A stretch of DNA of 64,000 bases from Candidatus Wildermuthbacteria bacterium. GTDB lineage: Bacteria > Patescibacteriota > Minisyncoccia > Minisyncoccales > UBA10102. Every line of letters begins with the position of its first letter. Within the stretch, counting starts at the first letter, position 1. The notes below the pieces were generated by a model, which saw only the letters and a list, made by a program, of their open reading frames with translations, ran no database searches and was not told the origin of the DNA. Both the position numbers and the translations under genes were made by a program. The stretch spans positions 6,524 through 70,523 of the forward strand of contig JACQMR010000009.1 in assembly GCA_016203455.1 (NCBI GenBank), in the 5' to 3' direction. Of this stretch, positions 8,945-16,643 are shown one piece after another.

Positions 8945-9340
8945 ATGACTGAAAACAAAATCAGATCTTTTACAGACCTCAACGCGTGGAAAGAAGGGCA
9001 TAAGCTTGTACTGATGATTTACAGAACAACCGAACACTTCCCCGGCAGAGAAATGTTCGCCTTAATAAATCAGATGAGGCGATGTGTGATTTCCATAACC
9101 TCAAATATAGCCGAGGGATTCAGTAGGGGCACAAACAACGACAAGTGCCAATTCTACACAACAGCCCAGGGATCGTTGACAGAACTGCAAAATCAACTGT
9201 TAATTGCCCGCGATATCGGATACATCCGACAGGAAGAATTTCAAACGCTTGCCAACCAAACCATTACAACCAACAAACTCCTGAACGGCCTAAAAAGAAT
9301 ACGAAATACAAGCTACAAAATACAAGATACACAGCAATGA
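8945..9340 (+). CDS. Four-helix-bundle protein (23S rRNA intervening-sequence protein / Avd-like family)
   Basis: MTENKIRSFTDLNAWKEGHKLVLMIY...ITSNIAEGFSRG...FYTTAQGSLTELQNQL matches the family signature known from memory. The stop overlaps the next start (ATGA at 9337-9340). Confidence 0.8.
   Translation: MTENKIRSFTDLNAWKEGHKLVLMIYRTTEHFPGREMFALINQMRRCVISITSNIAEGFSRGTNNDKCQFYTTAQGSLTELQNQLLIARDIGYIRQEEFQTLANQTITTNKLLNGLKRIRNTSYKIQDTQQ
9304..9332. repeat. Right arm of TACAAA-word inverted repeat (inside the 3' end of the four-helix-bundle CDS)
   Basis: aaatacaagctacaaaatacaagatacac encodes ...NTSYKIQDTQQ. Confidence 0.7.
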
Positions 9341-9747
9341 GATTCCAGGTTCCCCAATTTATTGAACACGAGGCAAAGGTCATAGGCCCTCTTACTTTCA
9401 AACAGTTCGTGTACCTGGGGGTTCCGGGGGCGATCGGATTCTTTTTATATTTCCTTACTCCTTTCCCCGTATTCATCTCAATCACCATACCTCTTGGCGC
9501 TTTCGGTTTTCTCCTTGGATTTATTAAAATGGGGGGCAGATCTCTCCCCGGACTCCTCTCCAGTTTTGTAAAATTCATCTTTGAGCCCAAAAGATACATC
9601 TGGAGAAAGGGGAAAGCTCCCGCGCAGACACCGCAAGCCAGGTATGTTTCCGCGGCGCCGGAAGAATCATACGGAAAAGCAAAAATACAGCTGGTGCAGA
9701 AAAGCAGGGTGCGAGATTTGGCGATACGGGTGGATACGGCCAAATAG
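9337..9747 (+). CDS. PrgI/VirB3-like small T4SS membrane protein
   Basis: MRFQVPQFIEHEAKVIGPLTFKQFVYL followed by two TM helices. This is the typical PrgI-family N-terminus. The ATG at 9337 is in frame within ORF 9145-9747. Confidence 0.65.
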   Translation: MRFQVPQFIEHEAKVIGPLTFKQFVYLGVPGAIGFFLYFLTPFPVFISITIPLGAFGFLLGFIKMGGRSLPGLLSSFVKFIFEPKRYIWRKGKAPAQTPQARYVSAAPEESYGKAKIQLVQKSRVRDLAIRVDTAK

Positions 9748-9825
9748 GGGAATAATTTTACGCAAGCCGCCAGTTGTTCGTGCTTTGGCATTTATTATCC
9801 GTTATATATTATATACATGTAACCC

Positions 9826-10470
9826 ATGCCCCAGGGATCCACGCAAAACTTTCTTGAAGTAGAGGAAATCAGAGAGGGCATACTGGTGCTTAAAACCCGG
9901 CAGGTGCGCGGGGTGCTTATGGTTTCTTCCCAAAACTTCGCCTTAAAATCCGCAGAGGAACAAGAGGCGATTATCTTTCAGTTTCAGAATTTTCTTAACT
10001 CCCTGGATTTCTCGCTCCAAATATCCATACAGTCAAGACGGCTCAATATCACGGGGTACATTGACTATTTAAAAAACCTTGAACAAGACCAGCCAAACGA
10101 ACTCTTGAAAAACCAGACGGCTGATTACCGGACATTCGTGGAACAGCTTATCTCGGGCGGATCCATTATGGCAAAAAACTTTTTTGTGGTGGTCCCGTTT
10201 TCCCCGCTGGAAGTGGTGGGCGGGTATCAAAAACAATCCCCCGCGGATCAGCAGGGCAAGGTGGGCAAACTTTCAGACGCCCAGTTCCAAAGAATGAAGA
10301 ACCAGCTGTGGCAAAGAATGGAGTATGTTGCCCTGGGCCTGCGCAGAGCCGGTCTCCAGGTTGCTCCCTTGAGCACGGAAGAACTCATTGAGCTTTTGTG
10401 GACCTGGCACCACCCCCAGGAAGCGGAGGTTGGATATTACCCTGAAATACCCCCGGAAATGGTACGATAA
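9826..10470 (+). CDS. Hypothetical protein resembling a VirB4/TraC-type N-terminal domain
   Basis: 214-aa ORF immediately upstream of the VirB4-like ATPase. Pattern FLEVEEIREGILVLKTRQVRGVLMVSSQNFALKSAEEQEAI. Confidence 0.5.
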   Translation: MPQGSTQNFLEVEEIREGILVLKTRQVRGVLMVSSQNFALKSAEEQEAIIFQFQNFLNSLDFSLQISIQSRRLNITGYIDYLKNLEQDQPNELLKNQTADYRTFVEQLISGGSIMAKNFFVVVPFSPLEVVGGYQKQSPADQQGKVGKLSDAQFQRMKNQLWQRMEYVALGLRRAGLQVAPLSTEELIELLWTWHHPQEAEVGYYPEIPPEMVR

Positions 10471-10474
10471 AGAC

Positions 10475-12277
10475 ATGAAGATTCCCTTTATAAAAACAAG
10501 GCGAAAGGCCGTTCCCGGACGCGTCTTTGAAGCGGAGGTGACAACAGCCGCCGATATTATAGCGCCATCTTCCGTGCAGGTGAATTCGGAAAATCTGGAC
10601 ATGTCCGGACGCCTTGCCAAAACCTTTTTTGTTTTCTCATACCCCAGGTATCTCTCGGCCGCGTGGCTTTCCTCCACCATCAACCTGGATGTGCCAATGG
10701 ACATCTCATTATTCATACACCCCATAGACACCACTTTTATCTTAAAACAACTCCGCAGAAGGGTAACGGAAGTGCAATCGGAGATCATGGACAAAGAAGA
10801 CCGGGGACTGGTGAGAGACCCGGAACTGGAAACCGCATTCCAGGATTTGGAAGATCTGCGGGACCGTCTGCAAACCGCCCAAGAAAAAATGTTCCGCCTG
10901 GGGGTGTACATCACCGTATATGGAGAAACAACCGAAGAACTGCGCCAGATTGAAACCACCCTCCGTTCTATTTTTGAATCGCGGCTTTTATACATAAAAC
11001 CCGCTCTGTACCAGCAAAAAGAGGGATTTAACTCCTGCCTCCCGTACGGCAGAGACCTGCTGGGGGTTCACACATCGCTAAATACGGACCCTTTGTCTTC
11101 CACCTTTCCTTTTGTGTCGTTTGACCTGTCTTCCAACGCAGGCATTTTATACGGCATAAACCGGCATAATAATTCCCTTATTCTTTTTGACAGGTTCTCT
11201 TTGGAAAACGCCAACGAGGTCATCTTCGCGAAAAGCGGCTCCGGAAAGTCCTACGCGGTAAAACTGGAGGTATTAAGGTCGCTTATGACCGGCGTAGATG
11301 TTGTGATTCTAGATCCGGAAAACGAATACCGCGCGCTCGCGCAAGCCATTGGCGGCAGTTTTTACGACATCTCTTTGGGATCTGAAAACCATGTAAACCC
11401 TTTTGACCTTCCGGCCCCCAGAGAAGACGAAAAAGCGGAGGATGTATTAAGATCCAACATTATCAATCTTGTGGGCCTCATGCGCATCATGCTGGGAGGC
11501 CTCACCCCGGAAGAAGACGCGATTATGGACAGAGCGATTACTGAAACCTATGCCGCCAAAGACATAACCATAGAGTCAGACCCGGCGGCATGGAAAACAA
11601 ACATCCCGCTTATGGAGGATCTGGAGCAAGTTCTGGAAGGCATGGAAGGGGCCGAGTCCCTGGTGCGCCGCCTCCATAAATTCACCAAGGGAACATATGA
11701 AAATTTCTTTAACCGCCCAACCAACATTGAGCTGGGCGCGAGTCTTATTTCATTTGGCATCCGCGACATGGAAGAAGGCCTGCGGCCCATGGCTATGTAC
11801 ATCATCATGCGGTATATATGGAATATCGTAAGATCTGAATTGAAGCGCAGAATACTGGTGCTGGACGAAGCATGGTGGATCATGCAGTCAGAAGAAGGAG
11901 CGTCTTTTTTATACGGCATTGCCAAGCGCGCGAGAAAATACTATCTGGGGGTTACCACTATTACCCAGGATGTGGGGGACTTTATGAAGTCCTCGTACGG
12001 GAGGCCCATCATCACAAACTCTTCCATACAAATTTTAATGAAACAAAGTCCGGCAACCATAGATCTTCTGCAAAAAGCGTTTAATCTCACAAGCGAAGAA
12101 AAAAATTTACTGCTGGAAACCGATGTGGGTGAGGGAATATTTTTCGCGGGACAAAAACATGTGGCGATTAAAATCGTGGCCTCTCCGGCGGAACACCAAA
12201 TCATCACCACGGCCCCCGAAGAACTCTTAAGAAGACGAGAACAAAAAGACAATCTAACAAACGCGGCGAATCCTTAA
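10475..12277 (+). CDS. VirB4/TrsE/TraC-like T4SS ATPase
   Basis: Walker A FAKSGSGKSY, Walker B ILVLDEAW, N-terminal FFVFSYPRYLSAAWL motif. ATG 10475 lies in frame within ORF 10388-12277. Confidence 0.85.
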   Translation: MKIPFIKTRRKAVPGRVFEAEVTTAADIIAPSSVQVNSENLDMSGRLAKTFFVFSYPRYLSAAWLSSTINLDVPMDISLFIHPIDTTFILKQLRRRVTEVQSEIMDKEDRGLVRDPELETAFQDLEDLRDRLQTAQEKMFRLGVYITVYGETTEELRQIETTLRSIFESRLLYIKPALYQQKEGFNSCLPYGRDLLGVHTSLNTDPLSSTFPFVSFDLSSNAGILYGINRHNNSLILFDRFSLENANEVIFAKSGSGKSYAVKLEVLRSLMTGVDVVILDPENEYRALAQAIGGSFYDISLGSENHVNPFDLPAPREDEKAEDVLRSNIINLVGLMRIMLGGLTPEEDAIMDRAITETYAAKDITIESDPAAWKTNIPLMEDLEQVLEGMEGAESLVRRLHKFTKGTYENFFNRPTNIELGASLISFGIRDMEEGLRPMAMYIIMRYIWNIVRSELKRRILVLDEAWWIMQSEEGASFLYGIAKRARKYYLGVTTITQDVGDFMKSSYGRPIITNSSIQILMKQSPATIDLLQKAFNLTSEEKNLLLETDVGEGIFFAGQKHVAIKIVASPAEHQIITTAPEELLRRREQKDNLTNAANP

Positions 12278-12292
12278 TCATTCCTCTTTTCT

Positions 12293-12790
12293 ATGCCACT
12301 GCCCGCCATTGCCGCGGCCGCCGGGAAAGCGGCCCAAGGCGCGAAAAAACTCATACCGCGAAAGAAACCCGGGGTGTTCAGCCCGCCCGGCATTATCATG
12401 CTCTTTCTCGCTGTGATCATAGAGGTGGTAAATATGATATTAACTTTTCTGGATCTCGCGCTTGGCATAGGCACGGTTGTCGCCGTGCCCGTAAACGCGG
12501 CCGCCATGCTTATTATAGGCGGATGGATTTGGTTCACCTCGGGCCAGCTCCCGCTAAAAAAAGCGCTCCTCCCGTTTGGCCTCAATGCCCTCCCCGTCGC
12601 AAGATTTTTCCCGTTCTGGCTGTGGTCTGTATGGTCTAATTTAGACAAGGGTTCCCCCGCGCAGGGAGAGGAAAACCCGGAGCCGAAAGAATCCGGCGAA
12701 GAAACCGCGGAACAGCCCGCGGAGCCAGCCCAAACCAGCAATACTCCCAATTCGCAAAGCAAAACACAAACAACAAAAGCCGGCGCATAA
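12293..12790 (+). CDS. Polytopic membrane protein of the T4SS-like locus
   Basis: 165-aa ORF with several hydrophobic helices and an acidic/polar tail. Confidence 0.55.
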   Translation: MPLPAIAAAAGKAAQGAKKLIPRKKPGVFSPPGIIMLFLAVIIEVVNMILTFLDLALGIGTVVAVPVNAAAMLIIGGWIWFTSGQLPLKKALLPFGLNALPVARFFPFWLWSVWSNLDKGSPAQGEENPEPKESGEETAEQPAEPAQTSNTPNSQSKTQTTKAGA

Positions 12791-12840
12791 ATACAGCGCG
12801 CGCGTCGCTGTGCCTCGCGTTTTCTCCTGTTGGTCATTGG

Positions 12841-12880
12841 AAATTGATTAGAAATTAGGCATTAAAAATTAGGAATTAGT
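12841..12880. repeat. ATTAGAAATT-word repeat spacer
   Basis: aaattgattagaaattaggcattaaaaattaggaattagt. The same words (tgattag, gaattag, attagaaatta) recur on the other strand at 21862-21880, 22110-22135 and 22871-22905. Confidence 0.7.
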
Positions 12881-12931
12881 TCTGTGAGCGTTCTCCTATC
12901 CAAACAACGCGCCATGCGATATAATAATACT

Positions 12932-13306
12932 ATGAAAACATGGGTGTCCGTCTTATTGCTTGTTTTTGTACTTTTACCAATAACGGCAAGCGCGCTTGAA
13001 CTTGAACTTAATCTTGATTACCCTAAATTTGGCGGGGTGGATATTAGTCAAGAATCCAGCCAAAACCTCCCGGGTTTGGTGTCTTGGGTTTATGTCACCA
13101 TTGTAGGCATATCGGGACTTGCCGCGTTTGCCATGATCATTTGGGGCGGGGTTCAATGGATGACATCCGCGGGAAACCCATCAAAAACAGGGGACGCGAA
13201 AGATAAAATACAAAAAGCCCTGCTCGGGCTTCTCATTGTTCTTTCCTCTTATGTCGTGCTTTCTTTTATTAACCCGGATCTTACGACTCTGCGGGATATC
13301 TTTTAA
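12932..13306 (+). CDS. VirB2/TrbC-like T4SS pilin
   Basis: Signal-like MKTWVSVLLLVFVLLPITASA. Two TM helices flank the loop SAGNPSKTGDAKDKIQKA. tataat (12920-12925) lies 6 nt upstream of the ATG. Confidence 0.7.
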   Translation: MKTWVSVLLLVFVLLPITASALELELNLDYPKFGGVDISQESSQNLPGLVSWVYVTIVGISGLAAFAMIIWGGVQWMTSAGNPSKTGDAKDKIQKALLGLLIVLSSYVVLSFINPDLTTLRDIF

Positions 13307-13745
13307 GACGCACAACCACCCTGCGCTCCGGCCCCTCGCCAATGCTTTCTGTTTCAACATCGGTCCTGGACGCAAGTTCCATGTGGACCACTCTGCGATC
13401 GCCTGAATTCATAGGGGAAAGCTCTTTTGGGGCGCGGAACAGCGCCACCTCGTCTGCCGCGGATCTCGCAATTTCGCGGACCCGATCTTCCCTGTCTTTT
13501 TTGTACCCGTTCACATCCACGCTCACAAGCGCCAGTCCGATCAGATGCTTTCGCGCGAGAGCGCGAATAATATGCTGAATGTCGTCTAGCGACCGCCCTT
13601 GTTCACCAATGTAAAGATGGGGATCTAAAGAGGACGCATGTACCCAAAAAACGCGGCCGTCTTCACTAAACGAACACACCGGCGCCTGAACGCCAAGTAA
13701 AAAAAATATCCGCTGGATGATGGATTCCAATAGAGAGGTGTCCAT
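13281..13745 (-). CDS. jag: Jag/KhpB-like KH plus R3H RNA-binding protein
   Basis: R3H-like LSPMNSGDRRVVHMEL, in the conserved position downstream of yidC. Confidence 0.75.
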   Translation of the reverse strand: MDTSLLESIIQRIFFLLGVQAPVCSFSEDGRVFWVHASSLDPHLYIGEQGRSLDDIQHIIRALARKHLIGLALVSVDVNGYKKDREDRVREIARSAADEVALFRAPKELSPMNSGDRRVVHMELASRTDVETESIGEGPERRVVVRLKRYPAES

Positions 13746-13748
13746 AGG

Positions 13749-14444
13749 TTACGGAGTTTGGCGTTTTCTTGTTACCATCCATTGCTGGCCTATGGAAAAC
13801 AGGGTTGTAGTCACCCAATACAGCCCAATGGCGGACGGAAGCTGGGAAACAAACATGAGAGTAATCGCGGGAAACAAATACAACATATATTTTTGCGCAG
13901 TGGGCGCGGGCCCTGTTTCTTTTTTTGCCCCCGCCATTTGTTTGCCTTGGAAGAACTGGAAAACGGCGGCGGCAAGCGCGAGCGCGAAAGACCGCCCGCC
14001 CAAATCCAAAAACCCCAAAAACACGGGGTCAATATGCGCCGGGTTCTGCACGAAACCATACAGACGGGACAACTGCTCGGCATCCAAACCGTTCCAAAAC
14101 ACCTGGTACAGCGTTATTAAAAAAGGAAGCTGAATCAACAAAGGCAGAATACCGGCAAACGGATTCACTTTTTCTTGCGCATACAGCGCCAAAAGTTCCC
14201 GGGCCTGCCTGTCTTTATCGCCCTTAAACCGCTCCTGAATTTCTTTTGCTTTTGGCTGGATGTCCGCGATTTTGCGCTGGGCCACAATCGCTTTCGCGCT
14301 TAGGGGGTATAAGGCAAATCTAAACAAAAGAGTGAGAAGAATAATGGCAAGCCCAAAATCCTTCCCGGGGATAAGGTTGTACAATATGACGAGAATATTA
14401 AAAAAGGGGTCAAAAAGAAATGTGTGATAAAGCGATGAAAACAT
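13749..14444 (-). CDS. yidC: Membrane protein insertase YidC/Oxa1 family
   Basis: 231-aa polytopic ORF with GLAIILLTLLFRFALYPLS and NPFAGILPLLIQLPFLITLY, within rnpA-yidC-jag synteny. Confidence 0.9.
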   Translation of the reverse strand: MFSSLYHTFLFDPFFNILVILYNLIPGKDFGLAIILLTLLFRFALYPLSAKAIVAQRKIADIQPKAKEIQERFKGDKDRQARELLALYAQEKVNPFAGILPLLIQLPFLITLYQVFWNGLDAEQLSRLYGFVQNPAHIDPVFLGFLDLGGRSFALALAAAVFQFFQGKQMAGAKKETGPAPTAQKYMLYLFPAITLMFVSQLPSAIGLYWVTTTLFSIGQQWMVTRKRQTP

Positions 14445-14459
14445 GTGAATATGTCCTCT

Positions 14460-14792
14460 TTAATGAATCTTGAAAAAAAGCCGCCGCACAATCTCTTGGG
14501 CATCCGCCGCGCCCTTGAGGGAAATACCGCGCAAGACAATTATCACGACATCCCGCGCGCCGATATGCTGAATGTTAGCCCGCAGGCCTTCTTGCAAAAG
14601 ACGGCGGATCCTGTTTCTCTGAACCGCGCTTTTATGAACCGCCTTTGACACAACCACGGCAAACCTCGGCTCTTTTCCTTTGGACATTGCCGCTTTCATT
14701 ACCACCCTTCCTTCTTTTATGCTTACGGGACCGGAAAAAACTCCGCGAATATCCGAAGACCGAACAAGCCGATGCGCCCGGGGTAACGCCAT
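14460..14792 (-). CDS. rnpA: Ribonuclease P protein component
   Basis: 110-aa basic ORF with KAVHKSAVQRNRIRRLL, immediately downstream of rpmH. Confidence 0.8.
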   Translation of the reverse strand: MALPRAHRLVRSSDIRGVFSGPVSIKEGRVVMKAAMSKGKEPRFAVVVSKAVHKSAVQRNRIRRLLQEGLRANIQHIGARDVVIIVLRGISLKGAADAQEIVRRLFFKIH

Positions 14793-14795
14793 ATT

Positions 14796-14930
14796 TTAGA
14801 GCGCGATCCGCGCTCTCCCTTTTCTGCGCCGCCTGGCAATGGTTCTTCTCCCCCCAACGGTTTTCATCCGGCCCAAAAATCCGTGGGCGCGGGCGCGTTT
14901 TTTCTTTTTTGGTTTATATGTAACGCTCAT
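14796..14930 (-). CDS. rpmH: 50S ribosomal protein L34
   Basis: Hand translation of the complement gives [44 protein letters not shown] (44 aa). It is below the ORF-track size cut-off. Confidence 0.9.
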   Translation of the reverse strand: MSVTYKPKKKKRARAHGFLGRMKTVGGRRTIARRRRKGRARIAL

Positions 14931-15042
14931 GAGAAAAGTATAAACGAAAACCGCCAAAATGTCCACAAAGGCAACAGTACTTTAAAAAACTAAAAACCGC
15001 GCGCTAAAAACCTGTTTCTGCCCAGAAGCGGATCTCCCCTGT

Positions 15043-15062
15043 TTATCCACAGGTTATCCACA
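15043..15062 (+). promoter_or_regulatory. Two consensus DnaA boxes (oriC candidate) upstream of dnaA
   Basis: ttatccaca at 15043-15051 and 15054-15062. A degenerate atgtccaca at 14960-14968. The rpmH | dnaA arrangement is classic. Confidence 0.8.
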
Positions 15063-15120
15063 CATTCCAACCGCAATGATATGTTTTGCTACCCTTGCTT
15101 GCCTGGGATATACTATTTCT

Positions 15121-16479
15121 ATGAACAAAGAAGAACTCTGGCAGGCAACCCTTGCCCAACTGCAATTCAAAACCTCTCCGGCAAATTTTGCCACATGGCT
15201 GAAAAACACTTATATCTTAGACAACAAAGACGGCTTGCTCACGGTCTCCGTGCCGAATAACTTCTCAAAGGAATGGCTGGAAAATAAATACAACAAAACA
15301 ATCTTTCATATTATTAAAGAACTCAACGACGAAGTAAAAGAAATCAAATACATGGTGGAAAAAACCGCTGGCAAGGCAAAAGAGGCGGCGCCACGGCACG
15401 CGCAACCCTCGCCGCCCGAACGCCAGCTGGGATTCCCCGAATTAGACGCGGACCAAACAACCAACCTAAACCAAAAATACACATTTGAGAATTTTATCGT
15501 TGGCCCGTTTAACGAACTGGCGCATGCCGCGGCCCTGGCAACCGTAAAAAATCCTGGCGGTCCGGGAAATCCGCTGTTTGTGTATGGAGGCGTAGGTCTT
15601 GGGAAAACCCACCTTCTTCAGGCAACGGGAAACCAGATCATACAAAACACTCCGGGAAAAAAGGTGAAGTACATAACTTCCGAATATTTTACATCTTCGG
15701 TGGTTTCCGCGATACGCAACAGAACCGTGGAAACGCTCCGGGAAAAATTCAGGGAACTTGACGCGCTTATTATTGACGACATACAATTTCTCGCGGGTAA
15801 AGAAAAAACCCAAGAAGAGCTGTTCCACACCTTCAATACCCTTTACCAAGCCGGAAAGCAGGTTATCTTTTCTTCTGACCGCCACCCAAAAGCAATCCCC
15901 GCGCTGGAGGAACGGTTGAGATCTCGGTTTGAGGGAGGCATGGTCGCCGATGTTTCCATGCCCGACTATGAAACCCGCCTGGCTATTCTGCGAACAAAAC
16001 TCCAAGAAAAAGGTGTGTTTATGGAAAACGATGTGCTGGATTATATTGCATCTCACATACAAAGAAACATTAGGGAATTGGAAGGAGCCCTAAACAGATT
16101 GATCACATCGTCTCAAGTTGTGGGAAAAATGCCCGCATTGCAGGAAGCTAAAACCCTCTTGCGAAGTATTATTTCCAACCCGAATAAGGCGGCAAACCCA
16201 AGAAAAATCATACAAGTTGTGGCTGAATTTTATGATTTGAAAGAAAAAGAAATTATTGCCGACTCGCGCAAAAAAGAGGTGGTAAGGCCCCGGCAGATCG
16301 CCATGTATCTTTTGCGGGAAGAACTAAAAGGATCATATCCTTTTATTGGCAAAAAATTCGGGGGGAAAGACCACACAACGGCAATATACGCATGTGAAAA
16401 AATCCACAAAGAACTCCAGGAATCAGAGATGCTGGTTGATGAAATATCGTTGATAAAACAGAGAATCTACAGCGGATAA
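15121..16479 (+). CDS. dnaA: Chromosomal replication initiator DnaA
   Basis: Walker A GGVGLGKTHL and C-terminal DNA-binding GGKDHTTAIYA. tatact (15109-15114) lies 6 nt before ATG 15121. The ORF opens at 15076. Confidence 0.95.
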   Translation: MNKEELWQATLAQLQFKTSPANFATWLKNTYILDNKDGLLTVSVPNNFSKEWLENKYNKTIFHIIKELNDEVKEIKYMVEKTAGKAKEAAPRHAQPSPPERQLGFPELDADQTTNLNQKYTFENFIVGPFNELAHAAALATVKNPGGPGNPLFVYGGVGLGKTHLLQATGNQIIQNTPGKKVKYITSEYFTSSVVSAIRNRTVETLREKFRELDALIIDDIQFLAGKEKTQEELFHTFNTLYQAGKQVIFSSDRHPKAIPALEERLRSRFEGGMVADVSMPDYETRLAILRTKLQEKGVFMENDVLDYIASHIQRNIRELEGALNRLITSSQVVGKMPALQEAKTLLRSIISNPNKAANPRKIIQVVAEFYDLKEKEIIADSRKKEVVRPRQIAMYLLREELKGSYPFIGKKFGGKDHTTAIYACEKIHKELQESEMLVDEISLIKQRIYSG

Positions 16480-16643
16480 CCTGGGGAAAACTCGCCGCTA
16501 AACTCCCCCCATATTTTTTCCCCGCGCATCCCCAAGAGATTTCCCCCGCGCTCTCCCCGCACACATAGACGGCCGATCCGCGTTTTGCACACCCGTAAGT
16601 ATAATAAATAATAGATTCTATATAAAAACATTAGAATATTATT

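Noticed and set aside
9145-9336. Upstream part of ORF 9145-9747
   Set aside because: It overlaps the four-helix-bundle gene in another frame. The PrgI-like family N-terminus (MRFQVPQF) begins at 9337.
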